Shown here: positions 1 to 11,948 of the stretch, piece after piece
Numbering within the stretch: the first letter of the stretch is position 1
How the letters are laid out: every line of letters begins with the position of its first letter
Notes under the pieces: model-generated
Told to the model about the DNA's origin: nothing
Seen by the model: the letters and a program-made list of their open reading frames with translations, nothing else
Databases searched by the model: none
NCBI GenBank assembly: GCA_949358305.1
Contig: OX442314.1
Location: 3,162,001-3,226,000 of the forward strand
Direction of reading: 5' to 3'
DNA: 64,000 bases
From: Strigamia acuminata
Taxonomy: Eukaryota
Made by a program: the position numbers and the translations under genes

Positions 1-678
1 AATGAGAATGATTTTAAACCTAAAAAAGAAAGTTTTTTGACTAACCCACGGGAGATCCGGTATCAATTCGAACAGTATTGTAAACAATACCAGTTAAATT
101 CAGCTGAATTTAAAAATATAAACGAAGCGCAACAATTCGTATTTCGAAATCAATACCGTAACCAACGACTAAAACCCGTCCCAGTCGTCAATCTGACGGA
201 GATACAACAATTTGCGTCTGGAAAGCAACCCTGCAATATCCAGAATAATTCATCTCAACGAGAGGAATTAAGAACTTCAAAAAAGCGTTTTCGGTCACCA
301 AGTCCAGCTGGTGATGAAGAAACTTCAAGTACAAACCAACATGTTCAAAAACTGACTGAAAACCCAGGTTTCCAATCATCAGTTCCACGACTTAGAGTCA
401 AATATAGATCCCCTCGTTTGTTGCGGGATTTCACAATTCCAAATATGGGTCCTTTCCACGTATGGTTTTCCAATGAGGGTCCCATTCATGTATGGTTTTC
501 CAGAGATGACCTAAAACAAAAAGTTGGGTCGTCACGGTCATTTACACTGCCAAGTGAGTACACTGTGTGTAACTGCCCAAAGAAAAAACGTCGAAAGAAA
601 TCAGTACAGCAGGCTGAGAGATCTCGGAAATTTGCAAATATGCGAGCTCAATATTTAGCAAAGAATCATGTTGATTAA
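1..678 (+). CDS. C-terminal part of the element A cargo protein (5' end outside the window)
   Basis: Translation identical to the C-terminal part of the 497-codon ORF at 20889-22382. Confidence 0.7.
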   Translation, partial: NENDFKPKKESFLTNPREIRYQFEQYCKQYQLNSAEFKNINEAQQFVFRNQYRNQRLKPVPVVNLTEIQQFASGKQPCNIQNNSSQREELRTSKKRFRSPSPAGDEETSSTNQHVQKLTENPGFQSSVPRLRVKYRSPRLLRDFTIPNMGPFHVWFSNEGPIHVWFSRDDLKQKVGSSRSFTLPSEYTVCNCPKKKRRKKSVQQAERSRKFANMRAQYLAKNHVD

Positions 679-1272
679 CATGATATGATACACAAAGATT
701 CCCCGATTATAGTGTAAACAGAAAATCCTCTTCTAAAAATCATGACCTCTCTTCTAAAGAAAAGGGGGACAAAATATAAAAGTTAGAATTAACAAAATTT
801 TGAAAAGTAATGCTACATTATTAAGACAACTAGTTTAATTAAATTAGTCAATTGTACAAAGAATACCAAGTGACTCCGGTCATGACAATTAAGGGGGACA
901 ATTATGATTTCTTAATTGTCAACTCTTATCATCTAAAAGCTATTTATTGTATATTTATAGCGATACATCTGACTAGGCATATGAAATAAATATTTTGTGA
1001 TAACACAAATGATGATTTTATGTATGACGAAAGTTTCTTCAAAAAGAAGACTTGGAAATAAATTCTGGACTTGAATTTAGGCTATTAGAAAAGATTATTT
1101 CGGCAGAAAATCAGAACTTAGATAATTCAAGTTAGTTTATGTAAGCTCAAATTCGAAATTGGAAGTCACGGTATCTCCAAGATACATCAAGTCCGAAAAT
1201 AGCATTTATGCTAATTAGGAGAATAACGAAAACTCTATAAAATTTTATATAATTGTGTTATTAAGGGGGATG

Positions 1273-3175
1273 TGTGACGGTTTACAATGGCTATAAATGC
1301 CTATTTTCTTAGAAAGAAGCGCTGTTGCGCCATTATCATGATATCTCGAAGATATTCTGTGTAAAACTGATAAATGTCTGGAATAAAGTTATTTATGATG
1401 TTTCAAATACAAAGATGTTCGTTTATTAAGAATAAACACTCATTCCTACTTGATATCAAAGGATTCCGGCCGAATCACGAAGAGTCGTCTGCTAAAACCG
1501 CATTTGTCAATGCGCAATGTTGCCACAAGATGGCGCGATTACGATTTAGCGGCAAATTCAAGATATGAATATAAAACATGTAAATAAATATAAAACTATA
1601 TTTACTAGAATGAAACGAAGCTTTGTGAACATTAATATAAAGATATATTAATGTCTTGTGATGTTAAATACAATGTAACTTCCATTTTCTGCGGGACAGG
1701 ACATTTGGTGATCAATCGATCAACCAATAGATCTGATTGGTGGATCCATTTCCGGTCCTGGGTATCCAGTTCCGGTTGTGGTGAGAATTAGCACATTGTT
1801 CCTCCGTATCCACTTCCGGTGATACGGGATTGGAGGGATTCGTGGAACCCATGTTCCAATTGGATAACTGGATTAATCCTTAATCCAGTCAGGTTATATA
1901 AACCCAAACAACCGGCCATTCTGCAGCTCTGTTTGATTATTTTCTGTTTGGTATTGTTACTTAAGAAATATGATTCGTTGTTCACGTAAAAAAACCTTTT
2001 GGTTCTTTGTTGATTTATTCGCAAAGAACCGTTGCATGATTCTACAGAATCATGCCACCGCCGGCAATTGAAGTCGAAGTGCTGGGATCATTATGTTGCA
2101 TAAATGTTACAGTTTACGGTTGCGACGCCGAAGGAGAACCCGCCGTTGTGCAATTCAGTATCCTCCGGACAGGACCAAGTTGTCTTTTTCGGTATGAACG
2201 TATTCCGTTACCACGAGTAGCATCGGTATTGTTGAGAATCGGTTCCTTCACCTGATGGTGCCAAAGCAGTCTGTTTTACAGTAACCACGAGTAGCACCAA
2301 GTGTTTGGCAAGCTGATTCTCATGGTATTCGATGCCAAAGCAGTCGGTCTATTATTAGTACCGCGAGAGATAAAACTGCTGTGCGGAGCCGCGAGCTATC
2401 GACCCCTGTGTACGTGGTACCGTCAACCACTCGATGGACGACCGTGCTGCGACGCCGGGGACGCTTGATACCGTTCTGCATGGCAAGGCGTATATTCTAA
2501 TCGATGGCAATTGTGTGTTGCGACGGGAAGCTTAATCTTCATTTTATTTATAACAGAAAAACTTAAACTCGACAACCAGTTGGACCAAAATCAAGTCAGA
2601 AGACTTAATCTCATATTGAACTCAATATAACCGATAAGTTGACGACAACTTATTCCCGAAATATCTAAATAAGAATTCACAACGATATGAATTAAATATA
2701 ATTCATAAGTGGAATATTGATAAGTAAATGAATACATTTACTTACACCAATATCCTCCCAAAGTTGTGGCGGTGCAGACAAAGTCAACCGCAATGCTCAG
2801 ATCATTCGATTTATCGACGTGCGATAGTTTACACAGCGAACCAAGGAAACCAGCGAAGCCGTATCGGACTCCAGGACACAGCCATCCGGCTTAAGATGAC
2901 ATCTATAATCAGGTCGAGCGATGGGGAAACCGCTCCCATATTCCAGACCCGTAGTGATATTATTCTAGGGCCAGTTGGCCAATTCTTTGTATAGTTTAAT
3001 AGCTGATTTAACTTGCCAAATGTCGGCATTAGTCCTATGTATAATTTAGCCTTGATATTATTGTTTACCAACAATAAACTGTCTTGTATTTATCTCGTAT
3101 TGTATTCACTGTTTATTTATTGCGATCTCTTCCCGGTACCATTGTTAAATGGGAGTCGTGGTCGTCACCGTCACA
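1273..3175 (+). repeat. Element A LTR (TG-start haplotype, ~1.9 kb)
   Basis: 9-bp terminal inverted repeat TGTGACGGT/ACCGTCACA; follows the PPT; homologous to six other LTR copies in the window. Confidence 0.95.
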
Positions 3176-3614
3176 CCTCCAATTTGTGTTTGACGTCCGC
3201 TAACTTCTTCGCAGCATTCCTAATTTTTGCGGCGAAGACACCAATCGTTTCCGTCGTCGGGTCGTACTTTAAGCTGAAAAATTCGTCCAGCAGACGTATT
3301 ATCCGCGCCCTCGAAACTGGTTCGAAGTTAGTTTGCAGCGTTTTCCAAGCTGCTTGGGCGTCTTCAGTCCCGCTGAGCAATTCGTGGTATTGCTCCTCGA
3401 TTGAGTAGTAGATTAGGCTGAAAGCCCTTCCTTTTCGCAATTTATAATCGGAGCGATCACGCCACGACGCTCCCGGTGCCAGCGCTTCCTCGGTTCCATC
3501 GGTAAATCCCCAACATCCGTGGTGCATCAAAAGCACTTTGATCTGCTGCTTCCAGGCGTCGTAGTTCAGTCTGTTTAGCAAGGTGATTCTCCTCTCCAAT
3601 TTGTCCGAATCCAT
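3176..3614 (-). pseudogene. gag: Copia gag N-terminus (UBN2-type), interrupted by element A
   Basis: MDSDKLERRITLLNRLNYDAWKQQIKVLLMHHGCWGF...AQAAWKTLQTNF matches the typical Copia gag N-terminal pattern (NY..W...L....W; A..AW..L). Confidence 0.85.
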
Positions 3615-4621
3615 TGTGTTTTGAGAATGCTTGTCAAACAACACACACTGATTCCCCCCAACAAAAACACTTTCAATACTGAATAATCACAACAAGGTGC
3701 AGTGTTGTGATGTTAATGCGCTCTTAAACTTATGTTAGTAATAATCCTAGCACAAACTAAGCTAAAAATGGAATAATATTGAAAATAAACATAATTTTTC
3801 AATAATGTGTTCGAAAATGGTGTCTTCGATATATTCCTAGTCGTATCGCTTGTTGTATCACACTTCACGTGTGTTTGCTTCTCTGTATTGACTTCCCTCG
3901 TCGATTCTCGTGTTGTATTGTCTTTTATCCGCAAAATATGCACCAATTGTCCGTCGTTTTCCAGTTCCCTTTAGTTTATTCGTCTCCTAAACCTCGATTC
4001 ACACTTCACGTGTGGTTGGCGAGGATTTCCGCACTGTCGTTGATTCGTTTCCACGGCGTTTTCACGGCAAAAAATGACACGTCGACGATGCGTATCGCGC
4101 CTCGCGATATCGATATTATTGTCCGAAAATTGGAAAAATAAACTCGTAAATAAATAGTTTGGTATTTTTCGAACCCAATTAGTGTTGCTCCTTCGCTTGA
4201 TGGCTGTTTTTCACTTCGCATTCACGGATATCTCGGCTCAAACATAAGCTGGCTGCTTCCTCAATGGGCGCCGCCATCTTGGATGGAAAGGATGAATTTT
4301 CCCTCACGACCTCCAAATGACAGCTGACCTGTAAGAACCGCTCCAGATGTTTTTCCAACGATATTCTGGCCCATAACCTTGTTAATTTGTGGTCCAATGT
4401 AGTGTGGATTAACTCATTCAGCAGTGGTATGAAAAACATCTATTGTGAAAGCAAGCACAAACACCATCTTCACCTGGTTGAAGAGAAACATCAAGTGTGA
4501 TTTATTGTCCAGTCATGTGACTGGGAGAAAGTAAACAACGCCCCCTTTGGGCAGAATACATAAGTTATTTGTGACAAATACTGCAGCCAATCGTGCAGCT
4601 AAGATAGTGTACAAATTAACA
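3176..4621 (-). mobile_element. Copia-B LTR retrotransposon, 5' part (5' LTR, PBS, leader, start of gag)
   Basis: 242-bp LTR 4380-4621 with an 11-bp terminal inverted repeat TGTTAATTTGT/ACAAATTAACA. Minus-strand PBS GGTTATGGGCCAG (4366-4378) resembles the Drosophila copia half-tRNAi-Met PBS GGTTATGGGCCCAG. A gag ORF follows. Confidence 0.85.
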
Positions 4622-5868
4622 AGTATACAATCTAAAGAACAACATCGCTTGATGATACGAAATAATACAGACAGTTATAACACATAAAAGCCTAACAAAG
4701 CGCAATTCGGCTTCGAAAAACCGAATTCTTCTTGAGTAAATCGAGGCTCTTCACTTAAAGCGTTGAAAACGACGTAACAATCAAAAATCGGCGATACTAC
4801 ATGCACGCCGGGGTGCATGAAGCGAGAATCGTCTCGTTTCTCGTTGTAAAACGTCTCGTCGACGTTGTCGCAAAAGAAAATCGTCGAAATTCTGAAAAAT
4901 ACAAAAATTCGCCTCGAAATTTGCGAGACCGCACAATTTCGGACGAAATTAGCCGGAAAATCACGTGAAGTGCAGCGCAGGTTGCTTGTGAACGCCGGTG
5001 GCACGTTGTCGACGTTCAAATCACGGGAATGCAGCTTTGAAAATGGCGAGAAACCTGAAAATATAAATTCGCACGAAAATTCGCGAAACTCGCGGAATTT
5101 TCGGCGATAAATGGTGAAAACAATTGGTGTACAACGTCGTCGTGACGTTGCATGAATCCAGGGTTGATTCGGCGGTGTGAAACGTCCCGAAAATAGCAAA
5201 AATCGTCGCGAACACCTGAAAATACCGAAATGGCCGCGAAAATCGCGAAAAAACGCGAATTTTCTGCAGCGGTTAGTGGAAAATAAGCGTGCAAAGGATG
5301 AAAACCATCCTCTGCTACCAATTGTAGGTCGGTAGCAGAGGAAAACGACCAAGAACCACTCGAAACGTCGAGTGAAACACGGCGAAAACGTCGCAAAGGC
5401 GTCGCACTACTCGTGCGAACGTGTGGGCGATGTCGACGACGGAAAACGAATTGAACGGCCGCGCAAATGCGCTTATATGCCGTGAAATCAAGATACGAAT
5501 GCTTAAAAGCATAAAACAAATTTACTAAAGCAAAAATACTTACAAATAAAGGGTTTACAGAGTGAAAATGGATGGGCGAGAGCCAAAACGATGGTCGCTG
5601 CCATCTTGGAAGGTGATGTAAACACTAACGACACCTGGTGTCGTGAATTGGCGTTACGGAATTGAGAAATTCCGTAAAGCTTAACAAAGCATTAAGACCT
5701 GCATGGTACCTCATGCAGAAACACAATAACATAATGTAAATATTTGGAAATGACATACATAATTGAATATAATAAATATCGGAATAAATAAACGAATATA
5801 ATAAAACAAAATATAATGTGATTCTATATCACATCGACACACATATCATTTGGTTCCTTAGACCAACA
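4622..5868 (-). mobile_element. Copia-D LTR retrotransposon, 5' LTR + PBS + leader; relative of Copia-C; interrupted by Copia-B
   Basis: LTR 5323-5868 (minus strand TGTTGGTCTAAG...GACCTACA; Copia-C starts TGTAGGTCTAAAG). PBS TGGTAGCAGAGGATGGTT (5303-5320) is complementary to the tRNAi-Met 3' end. The CpG-rich leader is visibly homologous to 12486-12930. Confidence 0.82.
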
Positions 5869-6354
5869 GTTTCATCAACACGAATTTTTCCGTCCCTGCG
5901 CCCTGATTGGCCCGATTTCATATTGTCCATGTCGGTTCGAAATTGGACCGTTTCATACATTATTTTCTCTTCTGAGTTCAAATTTGATACAATTTTATTG
6001 TTCCTGACTGTATTTTACCTTGTTCTTGTTACATTTCAGATATTTAAATGTTACATTTAAATTTCAGGTATTTTCTTGCTTTTACATTATTTTTACAATC
6101 ATTGTGAAATGAAGTTTACAATACATTTCCATCCAAAAAAAAATTGATTGGAAACAACATTTCAAACAATAGAATTACAACTAATTGAAAATATGACTTT
6201 TCATCTCTAGGATTTACTACGCATTTTCAGAAGTTTGGAAATATATAAATATTTCCAACATATTTCCAACAAATTTCCGCATCATAGTAAATTCAACTTT
6301 TCCATATAAATTTTCAACTTGGAAATGTTTGGAAATATGCTTTTTTTTCCAGTG
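5869..6354. mobile_element. Right half of a non-autonomous CACTA/CMC-like DNA transposon (same family as 58194-59362)
   Basis: Highly similar to 58877-59362; ends TTTTTTTTCCAGTG; interrupts the BEL gag ORF. Confidence 0.85.
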
Positions 6355-6730
6355 TTTGAGCTGTCATGGCTGCCTCCAATTTTGCTTGTTGCGTGGCGGC
6401 CGTCTCGTTGTTGACGCGGTTATCTTCACTGCGTCGCTGCTCATCAATGGCTATGTTTAAATCTTCTATTTGTTCTATTAACCGCTCTTGGTATACATCT
6501 GCTTGTTCCATGTCGAACTCAGCCGCTTGTTCATCTTCAATCAGGCTGTATATTTGATTGTCCAACATTTGCAATATTTCTTTTTTCGCCAAGAGTTGAG
6601 CTTTTTGCCTTTTTAGTTTTTGCACGTCAACTGGAACCAAAGCGAGCAGTCCACCCGTCTCATTTGTCAGTCTTGTGCAGGCGCCGCGCGCGGTTGTGCG
6701 CTGACGCTTTAACTTGTCAATATCGGCCAT
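6355..6730 (-). pseudogene. gag: BEL/Pao-type gag N-terminus, interrupted by the CACTA-like element
   Basis: MADIDKLKRQRTTARGACTRL... is a coiled-coil N-terminus typical of BEL/Pao gag. It starts ~60 bp downstream of a tRNA-Phe PBS. Confidence 0.7.
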
Positions 6731-7087
6731 ATTTCAACAAAAATTGTTCGACTTACAGTTTTTTGTTCAATCTCCGGTTCAAACCAATGTGCCGGGTTTC
6801 GGCACCAATGTTAAATTCCTCTCGTAACACACTGCAGTCGAGTCCTTGTTGAAAAATTCGTATTGTTGTCGTACAAAAGAATCACCTTTTGTTGTATCCA
6901 AATCGTCCGGTTTGTTCGCAAAAAGAGTCGCCTTTTTGTAGTCTCAAAATAGTTCGTATTTGCAGGTCAGTTTCCAACCAGTCTCGGTTGAAAAAGTGTA
7001 ACAGTCCTTTAGATGTGAAGAAAACACACACACACTCAGGTTAAAGTAAATGTTGCACACTGATTTTATTCTTGTTTCTACAGACTA

Positions 7088-7639
7088 CCGTATATCTGCA
7101 AATAGCACACCCGTGCGCTATTTGCCAAAATTTTTTTTTAACCGCGCGCTATTAGAGGCCCGTGGGCTATTAGAAGCCCGCGGTTTATTTCAAATCTGAA
7201 AAATTGTAACGAAACGTATGGATGACAAATTGATTAAAAATTGTATTAAGTTTATTCTGAATCGATTAACATTTCCTCATTTTCCTCATTTTCCTCATCA
7301 CCTTCTTCAACACGGAGACACACCGAATTTCTTTGCAGCCTTTTCGCCGGAATTCTCCTTGGCATACTGAATTGCTGCCAACTTAAAGCTGAGATCAAAC
7401 GAACGTGGCATCTTGAAGCACAATACTACTCAATCCAAACTGTGCTACTTATATACTGGTACCAACAATTGAAACGTTTCCGAGACATAACACCAATTAT
7501 GGTACGTCTCGGAAACGTAACAATTTGCCCCGTGCGCTAAACAAGGTCCGCGCCTTATTTGTAAAAACGACTTTGACCCCGTGTATTACTTAAGGTCCGT
7601 GGGCTATTAAGGGCCCGTGTAGTAATCGACAATATACGG
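7088..7639 (-). mobile_element. pogo/Tc2-like internally deleted DNA transposon (MITE-like), TA TSD
   Basis: TA-CCGTATAT...ATATACGG-TA termini. The minus strand from 7411 encodes MPRSFDLSFKLAAIQYAKENSGEKAAKKFGVS (Brinker-type HTH start of pogo transposases), joined to an acidic C-terminal remnant. Confidence 0.8.
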
Positions 7640-7645
7640 TATATA

Positions 7646-9284
7646 CAACTACATTTCAAAAGTTTAGAAAGTGAGTGAAAAATTCACTCACTTTGTGAAT
7701 AACACCAAAAATATGACTTAGAAGTTAAGCAAAACCAATTTATATTATCAGATTTGAATGAAACAATTATTTTTCATCTAAAATAGCTTATAGTTACATA
7801 TATTTAGTTATATAGTTTAGTTACAAATCGAGATTTTCAAAACCTCACTTGTGTCAAAAGTTTAGAAAGTTGAAAAAATCATTTCATAAGTTTAGAAAGT
7901 GCAACATAATTCCTTTATTTCGACTTGAAAACAGGACATTTTCATTTTTTTGTTTAGTATTTTGTTGGATGATTTCTGCATTGTATGCCCGCCTTCAATC
8001 TGCAAGGCATTGTAGACAATACAGTAGGGGGCAAAACAATTGCGACATGTTTAATCTCATGGCTGTATCTCGATAAATAAAGGAGGAAAACCAATGAAAC
8101 TTTAACTGAATATTTGTCCAACATTCTGCTTTGTTCACCTAAAATTTTATGACAATCTATTCATTAGTTCTAGAGAAAAAAATTATTTTATGAAGTGACT
8201 GCTCTGAAAAAATAGTTCAGTGTTGGTTTGGGGATGCGAAAGGTTGGAAATCTCCAATCCATTGAAGAAATAATGGATACTAATGTTTACAGAGACAATT
8301 TAGAAAGAAATCTTGGGGAATAAAAAAATATTGGGGTTGGTTGTAGCAACAGGATAACAACCAAAAACATACATTAAAATTTGCGTGAAAATATTTCACA
8401 CAAAAAAAAATCAGACATCTTCAATGGCCTTCTCAGTTATTTGAAACTTAATCCAATTGAACAGTTATGAGATGATTTCTTCATTTAAACCAAAAAGTTT
8501 CTTTAGAGTTGAGAAAAAAATGTTCCAAAGTTGAAATTAGCTTTGCTTGATGTTTGGGTGTAAAGTGTGTCTAAAACAGTGCTACTAAAATTGCTTGAAA
8601 GTCTGGCTGAATAATTGAAAGCAATAGTACAAGCTAAAGGAGGGCAAACAAAGCATTAACAGACATTGTTATAAGGTTTCTCGATGGTTTTCAGAGTTTG
8701 TTAACTTAATTTTGCCTCTTAAATTTTAATGTCACTTCAGAAAATAATTTTTTTCTCTAGAACTAATGAATAGATTGTCATGAAATTTTAGGTGAACAAA
8801 GCAGAATGTTGGACAAATATTCAGTTAAAATTTCATTGGTTTTCCTCCTTTATTTATCGAGATACAGCCATGAGATTAAACATGTCGCAATTGTTTTGCC
8901 CCCTACTGTATTGTCTACAATGCCTTGCAGATTGAAGGCGGGCATACGATGCAGAGATCATCCAACAAAATACTAAACAAAAAAATGAAAATGTCCTATT
9001 TTCAAGTCGAAATAAAGGAATTATGTTGCACTTTCTAAACTTATGAAATGATTTTTTCAACTTTCTAAACTTTTGACACAAGTGAGGTTTTGAAAATCTC
9101 GATTTGTAACTAAACTATATAACTAAATATCTGTAACTATAAGCTATTTTAGATGAAAAATAATTGTTTTATTCAAATCTGATGGTATAAATTGGTTTTG
9201 CTTAACTTCTAAGTCATATTTTTGGTGTTATTCACAAAGTGAGTGAATTTTTCACTCACTTTCTAAACTTTTGAAATGTAGTTG
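7646..9284 (+). mobile_element. Tc1-like DNA transposon derivative with ~554-bp TIRs and a decayed transposase C-terminus
   Basis: Inverted repeats 7646-8199 / 8731-9284 with TA on both sides; empty site at ~54350-54356. Internal remnants read VLVWGC, QQDNNQKH, QWPSQ..LNPIE and AKGGQTKH*, with stops and frameshifts. Confidence 0.92.
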
Positions 9285-9659
9285 TATCTAATCAAATGAG
9301 GTTAATTGGTTGTTCACCATTGGTGAAACAAAATACAAAGAAAATGAAAAACAATAGTTTACAAAAACCCACATCTATTAATAGTAAGGTCAACTAGGGG
9401 TTCCAGGAAATCAACTGAGGTCAACTAGGGGTTCTAAGAAATCAACTGAGGTCAAACAACGACAATTTTTAGGCTAAAGTCAAAGTTCAACCACCTTAAG
9501 CAATCAACAAACTCTTTCTATTTTAAAACCCTAGTTTTCACATGCATTGATAGAAAGGTAAAACAAGTAAATATAAAAAACAAAGTCAGAACACCAGTTG
9601 AAATTCTACTAGGGAACAGAGATAGAGGTAGAGATTTGCAAAGGTTCAAAATTTAAATA

Positions 9660-9752
9660 ATCGACTCTTTGCGAGTAAAAATTGACTTTTTGCGTGTAAA
9701 AATTGATTTTCTGCGTGTAAAAATTGACTTTTTGCGAGTAAAAATTGATTTT
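9660..9752. repeat. Short 21-bp tandem repeat (CTTTTTGCGWGTAAAAATTGA, ~4 copies)
   Basis: Direct inspection; paralog at ~61353-61445. Confidence 0.85.
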
Positions 9753-10077
9753 TTGCTTTTTGTGTGCTTAAAAATAAATACGGAGTACATTTTTAGATTA
9801 AAAATTTCAGTTTGTCTCAAAAACTCATTTTGACACTTAATTTCATAATTCAGTCTCAAAAAGTTATGCATTCTACAAAGAAGTGTGGTATTTGCATCAT
9901 CAAGGCAGAATTCAAGACTGTCAGACGGCAAGAAATGAGACGTCCTTGGTGCCAATAACAGCTGCTGCAGCAAAAGCTTGTGGACTAGGACTACTATGTA
10001 TTCTATGCAAGATTTTATTTTAAAATGTTACATCCCGATTGTCTTACACTGGAGATTTACAATTGTCTTCAATCTTA

Positions 10078-10762
10078 CAAGGGGAGAGCACCAATAAGCT
10101 ATCACAGATTGTTATAATATTAAACAAGAAGGATTGTTATATCATGCTGAATGAGACCCTAAAATAATTTTATTCCATAGACAGCCAACAATGCAAACAA
10201 TGAGCTCAAAGTTGGCACTATTTTGTCTGTGTATACATCAAATCTGAGCAATCAGGCCTAGTGTATGAATACTGTAAACAACAGTTGCTAGGTAAAAAAT
10301 AGTCCCAAGATCCAAGTTCAATTTTATCATTTGAGATTCAATGATGTCATTTCCTCTTTTGATATCACATGACATATGACATCAGAACTTTGTTCAACAA
10401 CATGACTGTCTTCATGAAGACAATAATAGTTTGTAGTGGTGGTCCAGTGGTTCAGGCAATGGACTAGGAATCTTTCCACACAGGTTCAAATCCTGGTGTG
10501 TGTGAAAATTTTTTACTTTTATTTTTTATTTTTTTTTAGCAGTAATTTTAATGTTTGTAATTTTATGTTTGTTAAAAAATTAAAATTAATTAATTAAAGT
10601 TTTCTAAAAACAAACAAAATAGTGCCAACTTTGAGCTCATTGTTTGCATTGTTGGCTGTCTATGGAATAAAATTATTTTAGGGTCTCATTCAGCATGATA
10701 TAACAATCCTTCTTGTTTAATATTATAACAATCTGTGATAGCTTATTGGTGCTCTCCCCTTG
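10078..10762. mobile_element. MITE with 149-bp TIRs and TTA duplication at CTTAG (Tc4/Tc5-type, or PIF/Harbinger)
   Basis: TIRs 10078-10226 / 10614-10762 begin CAAGGGGAGAGC and are flanked by TTA; empty site AATCTTAGTAATG at ~61764-61776. Confidence 0.9.
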
Positions 10763-11145
10763 TTAGTAATGAGCTTAGGTTTCAATTAAAACAACATCCT
10801 TAGCAATGTGTGTTCTTGCATGAAACTGATGCTCTGTTTATTCTCCAAAGACAGATTAAGCCAGAGAAAATGTCAAATTTTCTTTCCAAGTTTTTTTTCT
10901 TTGTGTTTAGCACAAAGATGTCTTCAGTGGACAAAATAAATGTAAACGAGGAAGTACTACTGTCTGATATGTTTCATCTTGCAAGCAGAATTTTTTTTAG
11001 AAAGAATGTTTTTTCTTCTAAAATGGAAGTGAAAGGAATTCTGCCTCTCATGTGAATTCTGCCTCTCATGTGAAATTCTCATGTTTATGAGTTTTTGACT
11101 TTCGACCTTATTCATATAAAAATTTAGAGTTTCCACCTTATTCAT

Positions 11146-11948
11146 GAATCGGGGGTCGACCGACTCGAACCGGGGGTCGACCGACTCGAACCGGGGGTCG
11201 ACCGACTCGAACCGGGGGTCGACCGACTCGAACCGGGGGTCGACCGACTCGAACCGGGGGTCGACCGACTCGAACCGGGGGTCGACCGACTCGAACCGGG
11301 GGTCGACCGACTCGAACCGGGGGTCGACCGACTCGAACCGGGGGTCGACCGACTCGAACCGGGGGTCGACCGACTCGAACCGGGGGTCGACCGACTCGAA
11401 CCGGGGGTCGACCGACTCGAACCGGGGGTCGACCGACTCGAACCGGGGGTCGACCGACTCGAACCGGGGGTCGACCGACTCGAACCGGGGGTCGACCGAC
11501 TCGAACCGGGGGTCGACCGACTCGAACCGGGGGTCGACCGACTCGAACCGGTGGTCGACCGACTCGAACCGGGGGTCGACCGACTAGAACCGGGGGTCGA
11601 CCGACTCGAATCGGGGGTCGACCGACTCGAACCGGGGGTCGACCGACTCGAACCGGGGGTCGACCGACTCGAACCGGGGCTCGACCGACTCGAACCGGGG
11701 GTCGACCGACTCGAACCGGGGGTCGACCGACTCGAATCGGGGGTCGACCGACTCGAACCGGGGGTCGACCGACTCGAACCGGGGGTCGACCGACTCGAAC
11801 CGGGGGTCGACCGACTCGAACCGGGGGTCGACCGACTCGAATCGGGGGTCGACCGACTCGAACCGGGGGTCGACCGACTCGAACCGGGGGTCGACCGACT
11901 CGAACCGGGGGTCGACCGACTCGAACCGGGGGTCGACCGACTCGAACC
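11146..11948. repeat. 21-bp CpG-rich minisatellite (GAACCGGGGGTCGACCGACTC)n, ~38 units
   Basis: Direct inspection; continues in phase at 37941 after Copia-C. Confidence 0.98.

Larger units (their letters stand above)
1..3175 (+). mobile_element. Element A copy 1 (3' part): end of cargo ORF, PPT and 3' LTR of a non-autonomous LTR retroelement, inserted into the Copia-B gag
   Basis: Near-identical to 21705-25282 and to the reverse complement of 42974-46147. PPT AAGGGGGATG at 1263-1272, then LTR 1273-3175 with termini TGTGACGGT...ACCGTCACA. It abuts and truncates the minus-strand gag at 3176. Confidence 0.92.
6792..9352 (-). mobile_element. BEL/Pao-like 5' LTR and tRNA-Phe PBS; LTR interrupted by two DNA transposons; far LTR boundary uncertain
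   Basis: Minus strand reads ...TTTAACA T TGGTGCCGAAACCCGG (PBS 6792-6807, tRNA-Phe complement). LTR 3' end at 6809; AATAAA on the minus strand near 7065-7070. The end coordinate is an estimate. Confidence 0.6.

Noticed and set aside
2052..2994. Small ORFs repeated in every element A LTR (67 aa, 88 aa and others)
   Set aside because: Repetition reflects LTR identity. The 88-aa ORF is disrupted in copy 3 and no motif is recognisable.
10434..10497. Functional tRNA gene (also 58655-58713)
   Set aside because: A and B boxes are present but I cannot fold a full cloverleaf, and both lie inside transposons.
9653..11055. Host exons (106-aa and 81-aa ORFs, duplicated at 61346-62060)
   Set aside because: Non-ATG starts, partly made of tandem repeat, no recognisable domain; cannot be supported without a search.
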